Positions 22,949 through 24,000 of a DNA stretch of 24,000 bases are shown piece after piece. The DNA is from Acidobacteriota bacterium (GTDB taxonomy: Bacteria > Acidobacteriota > Terriglobia > Versatilivoradales > Versatilivoraceae). The notes under the pieces were generated by a model. It was not told the DNA's origin. It made no database searches and saw only the letters and a program-made list of their open reading frames with translations. The stretch is from assembly GCA_003224715.1 (NCBI GenBank), contig QHZP01000117.1, forward strand, positions 5,834 through 29,833. The letters are read 5' to 3'. The position numbers and the translations under genes are program-made. Positions within the stretch are counted from its first letter, which is position 1; every line of letters starts with the position of its first letter.

Positions 22949-24000
22949 TCAGCGGTCGCTCGGGCTACCGGCCCGTACACTCAACAGGTATTGCTTCTCC
23001 CGCTCAGACTCGTTTTTCAGTTTTTCGTACCACTCGAGGTGGGTTGTGGCCTCCGCCGCCCGGCCCAGCGATTTGTAAACCCGCGCGAGCAGGAAATGCA
23101 CCGACTGATTGGCCGGATCCAGCTTCATCGCCTTCTCGCAATACCCGAGCGCTTCCTGCGGCCGATTCTTCAACATCTGAATTTTCGCAAGTCCTAGAAG
23201 CGCGTCAGCGTAATTCGGGTCAAATTGAAGGGCCGTGCTGTAAAGCGTCCAGGCCTTATCGAGCTTCTGGTCCAGGAGCTCCAGCTCCCCGAGCTGAAAG
23301 TAGCTCTCCGCATGGGCCGGGTGAAGTCGTAGCTCCTCTTCGTACTCGTGGCTCGCCTCCTTTCGCTCGCCAAGAGCGCGCAGCATGTTCCCAATCTGGT
23401 AATGCAGACCTGTCGCCATAGGATTGTCCTTCAGCGCCAGCCGAAACTGCTCCGCCGCCAACGCAAAATGGTCCCCCTCCGACAAGAGGTGGCCAAGCAT
23501 TTCATGCGTCAGGTAAGCGTTTGGATATTTCTGCGTCAACCTCCTCATCATTTCCCGGGCCCGGGTCATGTGGAGCCAGAAGCTCTGATAGACCACTTGT
23601 GGATTGTCAGGCTCCATCTTGAGAAGCGCCAGGTAAACCGCCTCTGCTTCATTTAGTGAACCAGACTTGATATAGAACTTTCCCAAACGAAGCCCAACCA
23701 GCCGTTTCAATTCACCGTCCACCGCCGGATCCTGCGAGCGAAAAGATTTCTCGAGCAAGGGACGGCCGCGATCGGTGTGTCCGAGCGCAAATTCGCTGAG
23801 ACCCAGGAACGCTTCGGCAGCAGCCAGATTCGGCTTCATTTCCAGCGCGCGTTCCAAAGCCGTTGCGGCCGATCTGTAGTCGCCCTTTTGGTAGTGAGCC
23901 ACCCCCAAATGCAAAAAGAGCGGGGCGGACTCGCCGTGGCTGCGCAGCAACTTCTGGTAGATCTCAATAGCCCGATCATAATTGCTCTCGGCTAGAGATT
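22949..24000 (-). CDS. Tetratricopeptide repeat protein (5' end outside window)
   Basis: Serial TPR-like 34-mers are present (YQKGDYRSAATALERALEMKPN, AEAVYLALLKMEPDN, ALGYCEKAMKLDPAN). The frame remains open upstream of the listed start to the window edge (..SLAESNYDRAIEIYQKLL..). Confidence 0.8.
   Translation of the reverse strand, partial: SLAESNYDRAIEIYQKLLRSHGESAPLFLHLGVAHYQKGDYRSAATALERALEMKPNLAAAEAFLGLSEFALGHTDRGRPLLEKSFRSQDPAVDGELKRLVGLRLGKFYIKSGSLNEAEAVYLALLKMEPDNPQVVYQSFWLHMTRAREMMRRLTQKYPNAYLTHEMLGHLLSEGDHFALAAEQFRLALKDNPMATGLHYQIGNMLRALGERKEASHEYEEELRLHPAHAESYFQLGELELLDQKLDKAWTLYSTALQFDPNYADALLGLAKIQMLKNRPQEALGYCEKAMKLDPANQSVHFLLARVYKSLGRAAEATTHLEWYEKLKNESEREKQYLLSVRAGSPSDR

Noticed and set aside
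1-24000. CRISPR array or tandem repeat array
   Set aside because: The repeats present are dispersed, internally palindromic and irregularly spaced (kilobases apart). There is no repeat-spacer periodicity.

Overview
Bacterial chromosomal window from a diderm organism (murB, lpxD, rpsA and fabH are present). From 1 to 7.6 kb there are plus-strand housekeeping genes: the 3' part of murB, a Tat-signal aldo/keto reductase, fabH, an Fe/Mn superoxide dismutase, a SnoaL-like protein and ribosomal protein S1. Two families of short dispersed repeats are interspersed among them. At 7.6-8.6 kb I read a selenocysteine-containing secreted TlpA/redoxin-TPR fusion (in-frame TGA plus a SECIS-like hairpin) that the ORF track splits in two. 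At 8.6-10.7 kb there is a tight minus-strand lpxD / zincin-peptidase / methyltransferase operon. The right half is almost entirely minus-strand. It holds a Tes/GDGT-MAS-like radical SAM gene broken by a one-base frame change, then a small decayed island (DUF6429 gene, ORF6N remnant, perfect 24-bp inverted repeat). After that come DUF2071, a long-form UbiD decarboxylase and a PiT transporter. The most unusual locus is an 847-aa fusion of a PqqD/RRE-like domain, a radical SAM core and a complete ArsM-type As(III) methyltransferase with all As-binding cysteines retained. It is preceded by a DUF2064/TIGR04282-type gene, a SelA-fold PLP enzyme and a TPR protein. I regard that cluster as a candidate uncharacterised organo-metalloid (arsenic) or peptide-modifying pathway. 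No rRNA, tRNA or CRISPR array was seen. All family assignments come from reading motifs by eye, with no database search.
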